DNA of 63,497 bases, filler included, from Aduncisulcus paluster (taxonomy: Eukaryota), in NCBI GenBank assembly GCA_024181965.1. It is 14 parts of 14 records of this genome, joined end to end, with 100 filler letters (N's around TTAATTAATTAA, not from the genome) between each part and the next. Parts side by side here need not be neighbours in the genome. Positions count along the whole stretch, not along the records: positions 37,300 to 50,295 come from BQXS01007925.1; 13 more parts are not named here. One strand, written 5' to 3'. Under the pieces are notes generated by a model that was not told the origin of the DNA, did no database searches, and was given only the letters and a program-made list of their open reading frames with translations. Below, one piece after another: positions 37,860 through 46,897 of this stretch; position 1 is the stretch's first letter; every line of letters starts with the position of its first letter. Made by a program: the position numbers and the translations under genes.

Positions 37860-38298
37860 NNNNNNNNNNNNNNNNNNNNGAAATGAACAAATGATTCATT
37901 CGTTATGAACCATCAACTTGAATTCTACACTACTTGATGACTTGTGGGTCACAATCTTGCCTAAATTTCCATTGAGTGACTACTACTCAATCACAGGAAT
38001 ATTGTACTTCAATTTATTTGAAGATTTGAAGTTCATGAAACAAAATCCGTGTGGATCCTTGAACATAATGAATCATATTGAAGCTCTTTACAGAGTCTAA
38101 TGCGAAGAAATAGAACAAACAGCTCGAGTTTAATGAGAACAAAATAAAATAAAAACATCAAGTGAAAAATCTCATGACGTAATTATCAAAAAAAAATTAT
38201 AAGTTACGATGAGAAAAGCTTTTTTTTAAACAAAACAACCAACATTCAGGAGAGTCATCAAGACTGTACAATGTAATATAATGTACTTATTGTCTACC

Positions 38299-41200
38299 TT
38301 AAAACCCAAGATCATTCATAACACGTCTGCATTCTTCAAACCCGACACCTCTCCACACAGAATTGAGAAGCTTGAAAACCGGATCTCCTTTCACACCTAC
38401 ACATACGATAGCGGACGCCTTTCCATCGGAGTCAAATCCGATTCGGATGATCCTATTGATCCCCGTTTTTGGACATGTACTTTGTCGGACAAGACAAGAG
38501 CCCTTCAACGGATCTATGGAGGTGGCATCACCGCTGCTCACAATTTCAATGTCCCACATATGGAGCATGTATGCGAACGACTGGTCTTCTGCCAACTCTT
38601 CATATTGCTCAATGCTCCCGTCATGACATGGAATACCTTCAGCACTGCACCCGCACTTGCAGATACGGCAACAATGGAGGACGGCATTGTATCCAGCAAT
38701 CGAACCACATTTCTGAGCCCTTGCCCAACTAGTTGGAAGGTTCCTGCGTTCAATATATGAACAATCTCCAGCTGCAAATATACCAGAAATTGATGAACCA
38801 TCAGTCGATATACACTGCATCGATTCATCAACCTTAACTCCAAACTTACCAAGTTGAACTTCAGATCCTTCTAAAAAGCCAACAAGAGGCCGAGCACCAA
38901 TTGACACAACGATAACATCTGCCTTATCAACGATTTCCCTGCCATTATGATATGAAGCCTGGATTGCTGAAGGAGATCCATCCTCTTTTCCATGGACAAC
39001 ACCTCGTACAGTCACACTCTTACGCATGCACAATCTTTCATTCTCAATGGAACCACGGACAACCGTTTCCCCACGCTTCTCACGGTGTTCTTTTTCAATG
39101 AGCCAAGCTTTATCACGAACAACCTTCTCCAACATATCGGAAGACACAGAGTCCAGCTGTCGGCACATGATAAAGTCGGCACGTTCATATACTGTCACCT
39201 TGGCAACAGTTGGAATGTGTAGGAAATGAGGAATGGCTTCGAGATTGAGAACTCCACCTCCAACCAAGGCCACATGACATCCCTCTCCAATCTCACGCAC
39301 AGCCTGGGCAATTCGCTCACTGTCATCCATATTTCTCATGACATACACGCCCTTAGCTAGAGATTTAGGGGAGCAAGCAATGCCAGGAATGAATGTTGGG
39401 ATGAAGGGTGAGGATCCAGACGCAATGATGAGAGAATCAAAAGATAAGGTTGTAAGCTCGGGATCACGTTGAGATTCAGGACCGTCGGCACACTTATACA
39501 CTGGTTTAGACGGATGCATGTAGATCTCTTTCTTTTCCTTGTCAATTGAAGCCACCTGCCAACCAATGTGTACTTGAATATTGTACTCTTCATAGAAATA
39601 GGATTGTTCAAGTAATAGATCCTGTTCAATGCATTCACCGCCGACAAATGAGGTGAGTTTTGTTCGATTGTAAGGAAGAAGCTGTTCACGACATATTAGA
39701 TGAATGGCCACAGAACTCTCCTTTCTTGCCTCCTTTGCAGCACTCAAACCAGCAGCACCCCCACCAATGATAACAATCGACTTCCCTCGGGCATGATCTT
39801 CCTCCTCAATTTCATCTTCCTCCGCTTCGCTTTCACACACACTGTTGCGACGAGATGAGGAACCAGTCTCGAGCAAATCAGAATCCTCCTTCTTCTTACA
39901 AACACGAACACCACGCTTTCTCTTCATCTCATCATCGGCACACACAAAGGATTCAAGGCCAGCGCCACATACAGGGCAAGATGAGGGAGGAGACACACCA
40001 TAGAACACCTCATTACACACAACACAGCGCCACCAGTGATTCTTACCATCAACTTTCACCGAAGAGGAGGAAGAGATGATCGCACCAGAACCGGAAGAAG
40101 GATTAACAAAGTCGACGGACTCACCTTCTTCAACAAGACCCATGGAAACAGAGGAAACAACATTTCCAAGTTTACGACATTTCTCAATATCTTCCTTACT
40201 GCTTCTGAACTCTATTTTGAGGGGAGATACTGGCATTTTGAGTTTCAGTGCACGGATCCTTCCAGCGAGAACATCAGGGCCTTCTCCAGACCATCCATAA
40301 GATCCAAAAACACCACACACAAGCCCACGGTCACGAATTGGAGAGATCGCTTCCGCTAATTCCTTCATTTGAGGCAGAGCATCACCATTAATAGTTGGAG
40401 TGCCTAGAAAGAGGGCTAAACAACCCTCGATACGACTCTTCACCATTTCAATATCATCAACGACCAAATCATATATTTCTATTGGGATAGACTTTCCAGA
40501 TTTTGACCTTGAGAGTACATCGTCCACAGATTCCTTGATACCTTGGACGACACTCTTGGCCATCTCCGCGGTGTAACCATAAGCAGACACATAGGCTACG
40601 ACAAAATGTGGTGTGCTACTGGCGATATGGCTATCTGTAAGAGCTGTTGTGGACCATGTATCATACAATTTCAAGGTGTGGAGGAGAAACTCACCATCAA
40701 GGATAGGACCATGGGAACAACACACAATATGGGGTCTAATGAGATTATTGATGATCTTAAGGCCATTTTGAACCCAAGACGGGAAAGGACCGAAAATACA
40801 ATCATAATAATACTGTCTGGCATCTTCATAATCTTCAAGACCATAATTGTCAAGTTTCTTCTTCAAAATCTCAGAAAGGAAGGGAGATCCTTCAGGGAAT
40901 GACCAATGAGAACCAAAGAAATCACACGTAATAGCAACATTCAATTCTTCGATGTGAGAAAACATAGAATCGGGCCAGTGAAGAAGAGGAGCAGGATAAA
41001 AGGAAATTGTATATTTTCCAGAGGAAATGTTCATTGTTTTACCAGTGGCTGGTACTTGAATAAATTTGAAATCGGGAACATTCGAAATCTGCCTTAAAAA
41101 GCGAATGGCAGGAGCTGTTCCAACAACAACTGCATCGGGATATCTTTCTTTCATCAATCGAAGAACACATCCAGAATGGTCCGGTTCAGTGTGATTCACA

Positions 41201-41457
41201 ACAATATAATCGAGCTTTTCTCCTTCTCCAAGAATATCATCCAATCTAGCGCATAATTGATCATAAAATTTAGCCTTTACACTCTCAAACAGAATGTTAT
41301 GTTTATCTTTAAGAAGAAAAGAGTTATATGTGGTCCCATATTCACTCTCCATCACAATATCGAAGACACGAAGATCGGGATCTTTTGCCCCGACACAATA
41401 CAAATCTGTTGTTATTTTATCAGCTCTTAATTTTGAACTTTGTCTATCTTTTGACAT
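38299..41457 (-). CDS. Class F flavodiiron protein: MBL di-iron domain + flavodoxin + short rubredoxin + NADH:rubredoxin oxidoreductase
   Basis: NHTEPDHSG, LHWPDSM, TCDFFG and SHGP di-iron ligands. YVSAYGYT and GSYGWSGEG flavodoxin motifs. RCVVC...SCPVCG rubredoxin. GGGAAG, GGGVLNLE and FAAGD FAD/NADH oxidoreductase motifs. Confidence 0.92.
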   Translation of the reverse strand: MSKDRQSSKLRADKITTDLYCVGAKDPDLRVFDIVMESEYGTTYNSFLLKDKHNILFESVKAKFYDQLCARLDDILGEGEKLDYIVVNHTEPDHSGCVLRLMKERYPDAVVVGTAPAIRFLRQISNVPDFKFIQVPATGKTMNISSGKYTISFYPAPLLHWPDSMFSHIEELNVAITCDFFGSHWSFPEGSPFLSEILKKKLDNYGLEDYEDARQYYYDCIFGPFPSWVQNGLKIINNLIRPHIVCCSHGPILDGEFLLHTLKLYDTWSTTALTDSHIASSTPHFVVAYVSAYGYTAEMAKSVVQGIKESVDDVLSRSKSGKSIPIEIYDLVVDDIEMVKSRIEGCLALFLGTPTINGDALPQMKELAEAISPIRDRGLVCGVFGSYGWSGEGPDVLAGRIRALKLKMPVSPLKIEFRSSKEDIEKCRKLGNVVSSVSMGLVEEGESVDFVNPSSGSGAIISSSSSVKVDGKNHWWRCVVCNEVFYGVSPPSSCPVCGAGLESFVCADDEMKRKRGVRVCKKKEDSDLLETGSSSRRNSVCESEAEEDEIEEEDHARGKSIVIIGGGAAGLSAAKEARKESSVAIHLICREQLLPYNRTKLTSFVGGECIEQDLLLEQSYFYEEYNIQVHIGWQVASIDKEKKEIYMHPSKPVYKCADGPESQRDPELTTLSFDSLIIASGSSPFIPTFIPGIACSPKSLAKGVYVMRNMDDSERIAQAVREIGEGCHVALVGGGVLNLEAIPHFLHIPTVAKVTVYERADFIMCRQLDSVSSDMLEKVVRDKAWLIEKEHREKRGETVVRGSIENERLCMRKSVTVRGVVHGKEDGSPSAIQASYHNGREIVDKADVIVVSIGARPLVGFLEGSEVQLGKFGVKVDESMQCISTDGSSISGIFAAGDCSYIERRNLPTSWARAQKCGSIAGYNAVLHCCRICKCGCSAEGIPCHDGSIEQYEELAEDQSFAYMLHMWDIEIVSSGDATSIDPLKGSCLVRQSTCPKTGINRIIRIGFDSDGKASAIVCVGVKGDPVFKLLNSVWRGVGFEECRRVMNDLGF

Positions 41458-41669
41458 ATTTTGAACTTCAAGTCACCAAAAAGCTGCGTTCAACTTGTTT
41501 TGGCTTGACTAGTGTGAATTTGGAGTTTAACAATAAAAAAAGGAGATATTAATGAAATGAAATCTTTTGAATTTATTATCAGACCATATCATTCAATAGG
41601 ATGGTCAAATCACACTCTGTTTTTTTTGTTGTCCTTCTTGCTGAGTTCGCTTAAAATTAGAATAGGAAA

Positions 41670-42188
41670 ATGTTATCCTTTTCATCGAGTTCACTATCTA
41701 TTTGTGATACAATACTTAAGACGATTCATAGGTCGTTTTTTACACCCATGTCAGATTCCAGTAGTCGATTTCCTTTGAAAATCTCTGTTTCAATTGGATC
41801 TACACTTAATCTACGAGGATTTTCTCAAGAAATATTGCCACAAACTACAATGGATCCAGAATTAGAAAAGAAGGTTTTAAAAGAGATTGATACAATTGTT
41901 AAAGGTCATAAAAATGTCCTTTTCATGAAAGGAACACCTGAAAATCCAAAATGCGGGTTTTCTCGGCTCGCTGCATTAATTTTGGATTTCCATAAGGTGG
42001 ATTACTTTCCTGTTGATGTTCTTGAAAGACCTGAATTGAGGGAAATGGTTAAAAAATATTCAAAATGGCCAACTTATCCTCAATTACTTGTTGATGGAAC
42101 TGTCATTGGAGGCACTGATATTCTTGTTGAACTTCATGAGAGTGACGAGCTAGATGAAGTTTTGTCTTCACCTCAAGAGATAAAATAA
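41670..42188 (+). CDS. GLRX5: Monothiol CGFS glutaredoxin (Grx5) with an N-terminal extension
   Basis: LFMKGTPENPKCGFS, KKYSKWPTYPQL, IGGTDI. About 60 aa of Ser-rich leader including LRGFS. Confidence 0.92.
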   Translation: MLSFSSSSLSICDTILKTIHRSFFTPMSDSSSRFPLKISVSIGSTLNLRGFSQEILPQTTMDPELEKKVLKEIDTIVKGHKNVLFMKGTPENPKCGFSRLAALILDFHKVDYFPVDVLERPELREMVKKYSKWPTYPQLLVDGTVIGGTDILVELHESDELDEVLSSPQEIK

Positions 42189-42556
42189 TCTATTAAATCC
42201 ATCGTTTATAGATACGAAGATATTCTTTGATGTTAGATGAGCAGTTGGATCTGCGCCAAAAAGTTGCTGTATGAAATGTAATGAAGATCCAAATGACCTC
42301 TTCTCATGATTGGTTCATGGAATAATCGGGGTTGTTTGATCATTGCCTGTATTGTGCTTGTTATCACTGTTTCTTAGATTCCTTTAATTCCATTGGTCGT
42401 GAATGGTGGATTAGTTTCTTGAATTTTGAATTAAATTTTGATTTGCATGTAACTTCAATCAAATGATAGTTTATTTGCAGCGGTGTGCTATCCATAAGGA
42501 ATAGGTCTGACATAGTAATATTTAAATATAATTAATTTTGTACCCTTGATTTTTGT

Positions 42557-43402
42557 TTACAATAAACTATCCTTCCAGTGGGGAGGTTCAATTATTTTAA
42601 TTTCACCCATCTTTAGAATATTAAACACGAATTCAGAAAAATATATGGCTTCTCGTGTGTTCATTCCTTCAGCAACAGCAAAAACAATTGATTGAAAAGA
42701 AATGTCAACGTCACTCTCAAATATTTCGATTAGATCCCATGTGTTTCCAGCTCCAAATCCAGCAAGAGGTTTAATATCCTCTTCTTCCTCCCCACCGACT
42801 TCAGAAGAGGGGTGAGTATCTAACAACTTCGTAGATATTTTGTTACCTGTTGGAGTTGTAATAGAAAGAATTTTTGGATATGAAAACAGCCTTGAGCTAT
42901 ATAAATATATAAAAATAATTAATAAATGAACAAAAATAGATAGATATTCATAAATTGAGAGTAAAATTATAACATACCTTAGAGAAAATGCAGGGGAAGA
43001 TAAAACACGATCATTACATGAACCTAACAACAACACTTCATCAAATTGGAAATCTTGAACAAATCGCTGGATTTCTTTTGAAAATTCTGTCAATTTTCCG
43101 GTCAATATTGGTGATCTTTGCAAAAGAATATACATATTTGTTGGGGATTTTCCTTCAGTTCCTGGAAATTGTCGGAGGAAGAGTTCCAAGGCAAATGAAA
43201 ATGGAGTATCTTTTTTCTGGGAACAAATAAAAGGAACTAAATTGGAACTCAACAAATTGGCAACGATAAAAAATTCTGGTTGACTGGAAATACATTCAAT
43301 AGTTAATTGGGGTAACAGAGCATGAGAAAACGCTCCTAAAACTAAAATATTATGTTCATGGGATTTTGGTTTGCTATCATCATTGATCCATTTTAAAAGC
43401 AT
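42557..43402 (-). CDS. PSMG2: Proteasome assembly chaperone 2-like; probable in-frame 81-nt intron 42977-42897
   Basis: LQRSPI...F...I..F...F.EVLLLGS and AEGMNTREA...PPHWK match my recollection of the PAC2 pattern. The hydrophobic low-complexity stretch in the ORF corresponds to a GTATGTT...TAG intron. Confidence 0.7.
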   Translation of the reverse strand: MLLKWINDDSKPKSHEHNILVLGAFSHALLPQLTIECISSQPEFFIVANLLSSNLVPFICSQKKDTPFSFALELFLRQFPGTEGKSPTNMYILLQRSPILTGKLTEFSKEIQRFVQDFQFDEVLLLGSCNDRVLSSPAFSLRYVIILLSIYEYLSIFVHLLIIFIYLYSSRLFSYPKILSITTPTGNKISTKLLDTHPSSEVGGEEEEDIKPLAGFGAGNTWDLIEIFESDVDISFQSIVFAVAEGMNTREAIYFSEFVFNILKMGEIKIIEPPHWKDSLL

Positions 43403-43830
43403 TTTGGTTTTTGTTCTTGTATCGATGAATAAAGTAGTATTGATCTATCGATGACAAAAAGTGAAATTGAATTGTATGTCAAGTAATATTTGAATATTCT
43501 AATGATTCCTTTATAAAAAGAGTTATTCTTAATTAAAATCAACCACAGATAAATTTTATTTGAATGTTTAACCAATTTGTGATTTGTATATTTTTCAGGA
43601 TTCATTCTTGATGAAAAGGTATTTATCCATTGATTATGTAATCAAATAGATGGATAATATGATATCATGTATCTTCCAATTTAAGCGATATTGGTGATAT
43701 CTCAACTTTTCAATCCGATTGAAATCGGGAGTCCCAATCACATTAATATATGACTCACTTTCGTCTTCTCTTTCCGAGGCATTCACAAGTCTCAAGGTCT
43801 TCAAGTAATGTTGAGATATATTAAAAAGAA

Positions 43831-44206
43831 TTATTCGGAAGCATTACGAGCTCTAATCATATGGTACCGGTTGTTTTCACGAACACTTTTGACAGAATGT
43901 TGGCTAAGACGAATCGTTTCAACAGCTGTCCCTCTAATAAAATATTTAGATGTAGAATAGCGATGAGAGTAAATTTTTGACATAATAGTTACTTCTTTGA
44001 GATGGATATTACCGAAGCCATCATGTTTGAATAACTTCCCAATGACAATCATATTTGAATCTTTGAGTGTTATAATAATTGGATATCCTTGAGCTCCTAA
44101 TAAAATATGAAATGGTTGCTTAAAAAAAAATAGAAAAAAATCTCATAAAGGGAAGTCTTGAAAAAGAAACATGATGGAATAAAATAGGGAGAAAAAAACA
44201 TACCAT
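43831..44206 (-). CDS. LSM4: Sm-like protein LSm4; exons 44206-44204 (ATG only) and 44118-43831
   Basis: Spliced product MQPFHILLGAQGYPIIITLKDS...DGFGNIHLKEV...YFIRGTAVETIRL aligns by eye to LSm4. Intron GTATGTT...AAG, 85 nt. Confidence 0.75.
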
Positions 44207-44412
44207 AGTTCAATTGTAATGAGTATAATAGCAAAATATACTGTGTTGGGAAGATAATTGTGACAAACACACAAGTGGTAACTTCTTCTCAATTTTCCTA
44301 TCTGGTTGGCCTTCTGTATACCCTAAAAAAAAAGACTAAAATACAATAAAATAATAAATATATAAGAAATGCAAAATAGTTTTTATTTTTTATTTTTCAA
44401 ATTGAAAGCAAA

Positions 44413-45189
44413 TTAATCATCCTCTTCACTTTGAAGCCAAGCCTCACTATCCTCTTCTTCACTCTTTTCTTCGCGTCCAACATATATATCTCCCAATATA
44501 GGAGCCAAGTCGGCTGCTGAAAGAGCATGGAATGGGCGATCGAGGCCAATAATAGATATAGATACTTCTTCAGGTTTTAATTTGGTTTTAACAGTTCCAG
44601 CAAGGGCAGTAACTCCATGTTTAACAAGTTCTTCAACGGAACAATCTTCGAATTCCATAAAATGTTCTTCCAAATAGGTTTTAGCGCTTTGAGACCGAGC
44701 ACCAATTGTCGTAGCGATATATTCGGTATAGTTAGCGCTTGGAGATGTTTGAAATAAATGAGGACCAGATTTATCAACTCCAGCTACCAAAAGACCAACT
44801 CCAAAGGGTCTCCTTCCAGCAATTTGAGTGTTTTCTTGAGCTTTTTCAGATAGTTTAACAATCAATCTAGAAACAGGATGGGGGCTTCCATAGGCATATA
44901 TGTGATTTTGACATTCTCGACGTAGATATTTGAACAATACTCGTCCATCGGCAGCGAGACCAGCCATGGATACCCCAATGTGAGAATCAACCCGGAAAAT
45001 CTTTTCGTGATGTTCTGAAAACATATCAGCAGCCCTTTTATGGGCTGCTAACACAACGTGAGTCTTTGATTTAAGACCCACTGTAACAATACCCAACTTC
45101 AGTGACTCCATTGCATATTCAACTTGATGAAGTCTTCCCTGGGGCGAAAATGTTGTGATATCACTATCATATTGGTTTCTGAAAGCCAT
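44413..45189 (-). CDS. PSMA1: 20S proteasome subunit alpha-6 (alpha type 1)
   Basis: FRNQYDSDITTFSPQGRLHQVEYA, RRPFGVGLLVAG, IGARSQSAKTYLE. Confidence 0.96.
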   Translation of the reverse strand: MAFRNQYDSDITTFSPQGRLHQVEYAMESLKLGIVTVGLKSKTHVVLAAHKRAADMFSEHHEKIFRVDSHIGVSMAGLAADGRVLFKYLRRECQNHIYAYGSPHPVSRLIVKLSEKAQENTQIAGRRPFGVGLLVAGVDKSGPHLFQTSPSANYTEYIATTIGARSQSAKTYLEEHFMEFEDCSVEELVKHGVTALAGTVKTKLKPEEVSISIIGLDRPFHALSAADLAPILGDIYVGREEKSEEEDSEAWLQSEEDD

Positions 45190-45804
45190 TGACTCGCTTC
45201 TTTTTCAAATATGTCAGGAAAAAAGCAGTGACACAGATCAATTTATAAATACGTCATTAAATGGAGTCTTGAGAATATCAATAGATGTAAAATATTAATT
45301 ACATATATTAACGCCAAAATCAATGGTCAATCTATATTTCCTATTGTTTTCTGGGATGACAGATGTGCAACACTGCGGCAGTGTCACTGCGTTAGAGCAA
45401 GGAGAACAATCTGCAGACTCCTGAGGAATGAGGAGGTGGTTCGAAGGCAACCCTATTGCTTTTATTTTAAGTGTGGTGGGGACACTACCTGGTAGACTAC
45501 CAGTGGTTGTTTGAACAATTGTTGTCACAACATTCAAAGAATAACTACGAGGAGATCTGGAGAGAGCAGGGAAAGAAGGATCATTTCGCCCTTGAATGGT
45601 TCAGAAGGAAATGAGGAACTACAACAACAAGCTGTTGGAAGTTTGAAAAACCCCGATTTTTCATTGGGAAATCAACGATTCAAAAAATTGTTTTGAAGAT
45701 TTGCATTTATACAGTATTTTGAAATATGAATCAAAAATTAAGTATTTTGCTTATGAAAGCAAACAGAAATTGAAAAAAATGTTTTTCTTGGCAACATAGT
45801 GAGC

Positions 45805-46229
45805 ATGGCTGAACAAGGAGCAGTTTTACAGGGCTATAATAATGAATTGGTCAAAAGTATGTTCTTTTTTTATTATCCACAATGGGAGAATGTACAACTT
45901 TCGAGATTTTTCGTAATGATTTGCTGATTCCTTGTTTTTTTATCTTATATTGTTTAGTTATTGAAAAATTGAAAAAAGACAGAGCAGCTCTTGATAAAGT
46001 TTTGGTTCAGAAAGGTGAAGAAAAGGCAGAACTCCAAAGAGACATTAGAGCCATGCAAGAGAGGTTAAGAAAGACTGAAGAAGAAATTGATACACAACAA
46101 GCTGAAAGAACTAGAATAGATACCGTGATAAAGGATGCTGAAGAAGCTTATAAGAAAGTTCTTGATGGAAGTAAGACCTTGCTCAAATTTTTGAAAACAA
46201 AAAAGCCCGGACCGAGTCCCATTAAATGA
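45805..46229 (+). CDS. SSNA1: SSNA1/DIP13/NA14 basal-body coiled-coil protein; exons 45805-45856 and 45958-46229
   Basis: MAEQGAVLQGYNNELVKIIEKL...AEEAYKKVLDGSKTLL. Phase-1 intron GTATGTT...TAG, 101 nt. Confidence 0.9.
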
Positions 46230-46374
46230 GTAACCCCTCTTAAATTTTTGATTTATTCGATTGTACTGAACCACAAAAGTGGTTCCACCTGAAAATTGCG
46301 AATATTCGTTTGCTCATAATTGACGGAATAAAGCAATAATCTCCAAGGTTGACAAACAATCTATTCTCTCCGAA

Positions 46375-46670
46375 TTATTTTCCGGCTGCTCTTTCGGCTG
46401 CTTTCCGTTGTTTCTCCCTCATTATCTAAATGATAAGTGATGATTGTCAATGAGATAGAATGTTAAAATTTCCAAGAAAAAAAGTAAAAATAAAAAATTG
46501 TGGCAATATAATAAGGGTTTTATAAATTATTTATAGGATTCAAACAAACATACAGCGGCAGTATCTTCCCTTCGTTTGGAAAGGTCTCCTTTTTTATCAG
46601 ATTTCTTTTGCTTTGATGCTCTTTTTTGAGCACGAGCTCTATCAACATCTCTTTGATTTCCACGGCTCAT
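46375..46670 (-). CDS. SERF: Small EDRK-rich factor (SERF/4F5), 55 aa; exons 46670-46554 and 46425-46375; absent from the ORF track
   Basis: MSRGNQRDVDRARAQKRASKQKKSDKKGDLSKRREDTAA|IMREKQRKAAERAAGK*. Intron GTATGTT...TAG, 128 nt. Confidence 0.9.
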
Positions 46671-46897
46671 TTCCAATTGTATTCGTATCAAATGATAATT
46701 TTTTTTTTGTTGTTATCCTAGTCGAAAATGAGAAAACAAAAATAAAAGAAAGCATTTTTTGTCAATAACTATCGTTTTTAAAAGGCAAAATCCCCACTAT
46801 TTCAATTGATATCATTTCAATCGCATCACTCCAATCGTGAAATGATTTCATGACAACATCTCTTTGAAACAGTCAATTTATTAAATCACCTTTTGAG

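Noticed and set aside
45482-45495. U1 snRNA 5' end (ACTACCTGG)
   Set aside because: Imperfect match to ACTTACCTGG, with no recognisable U1-70K or U1A loops or Sm site downstream.
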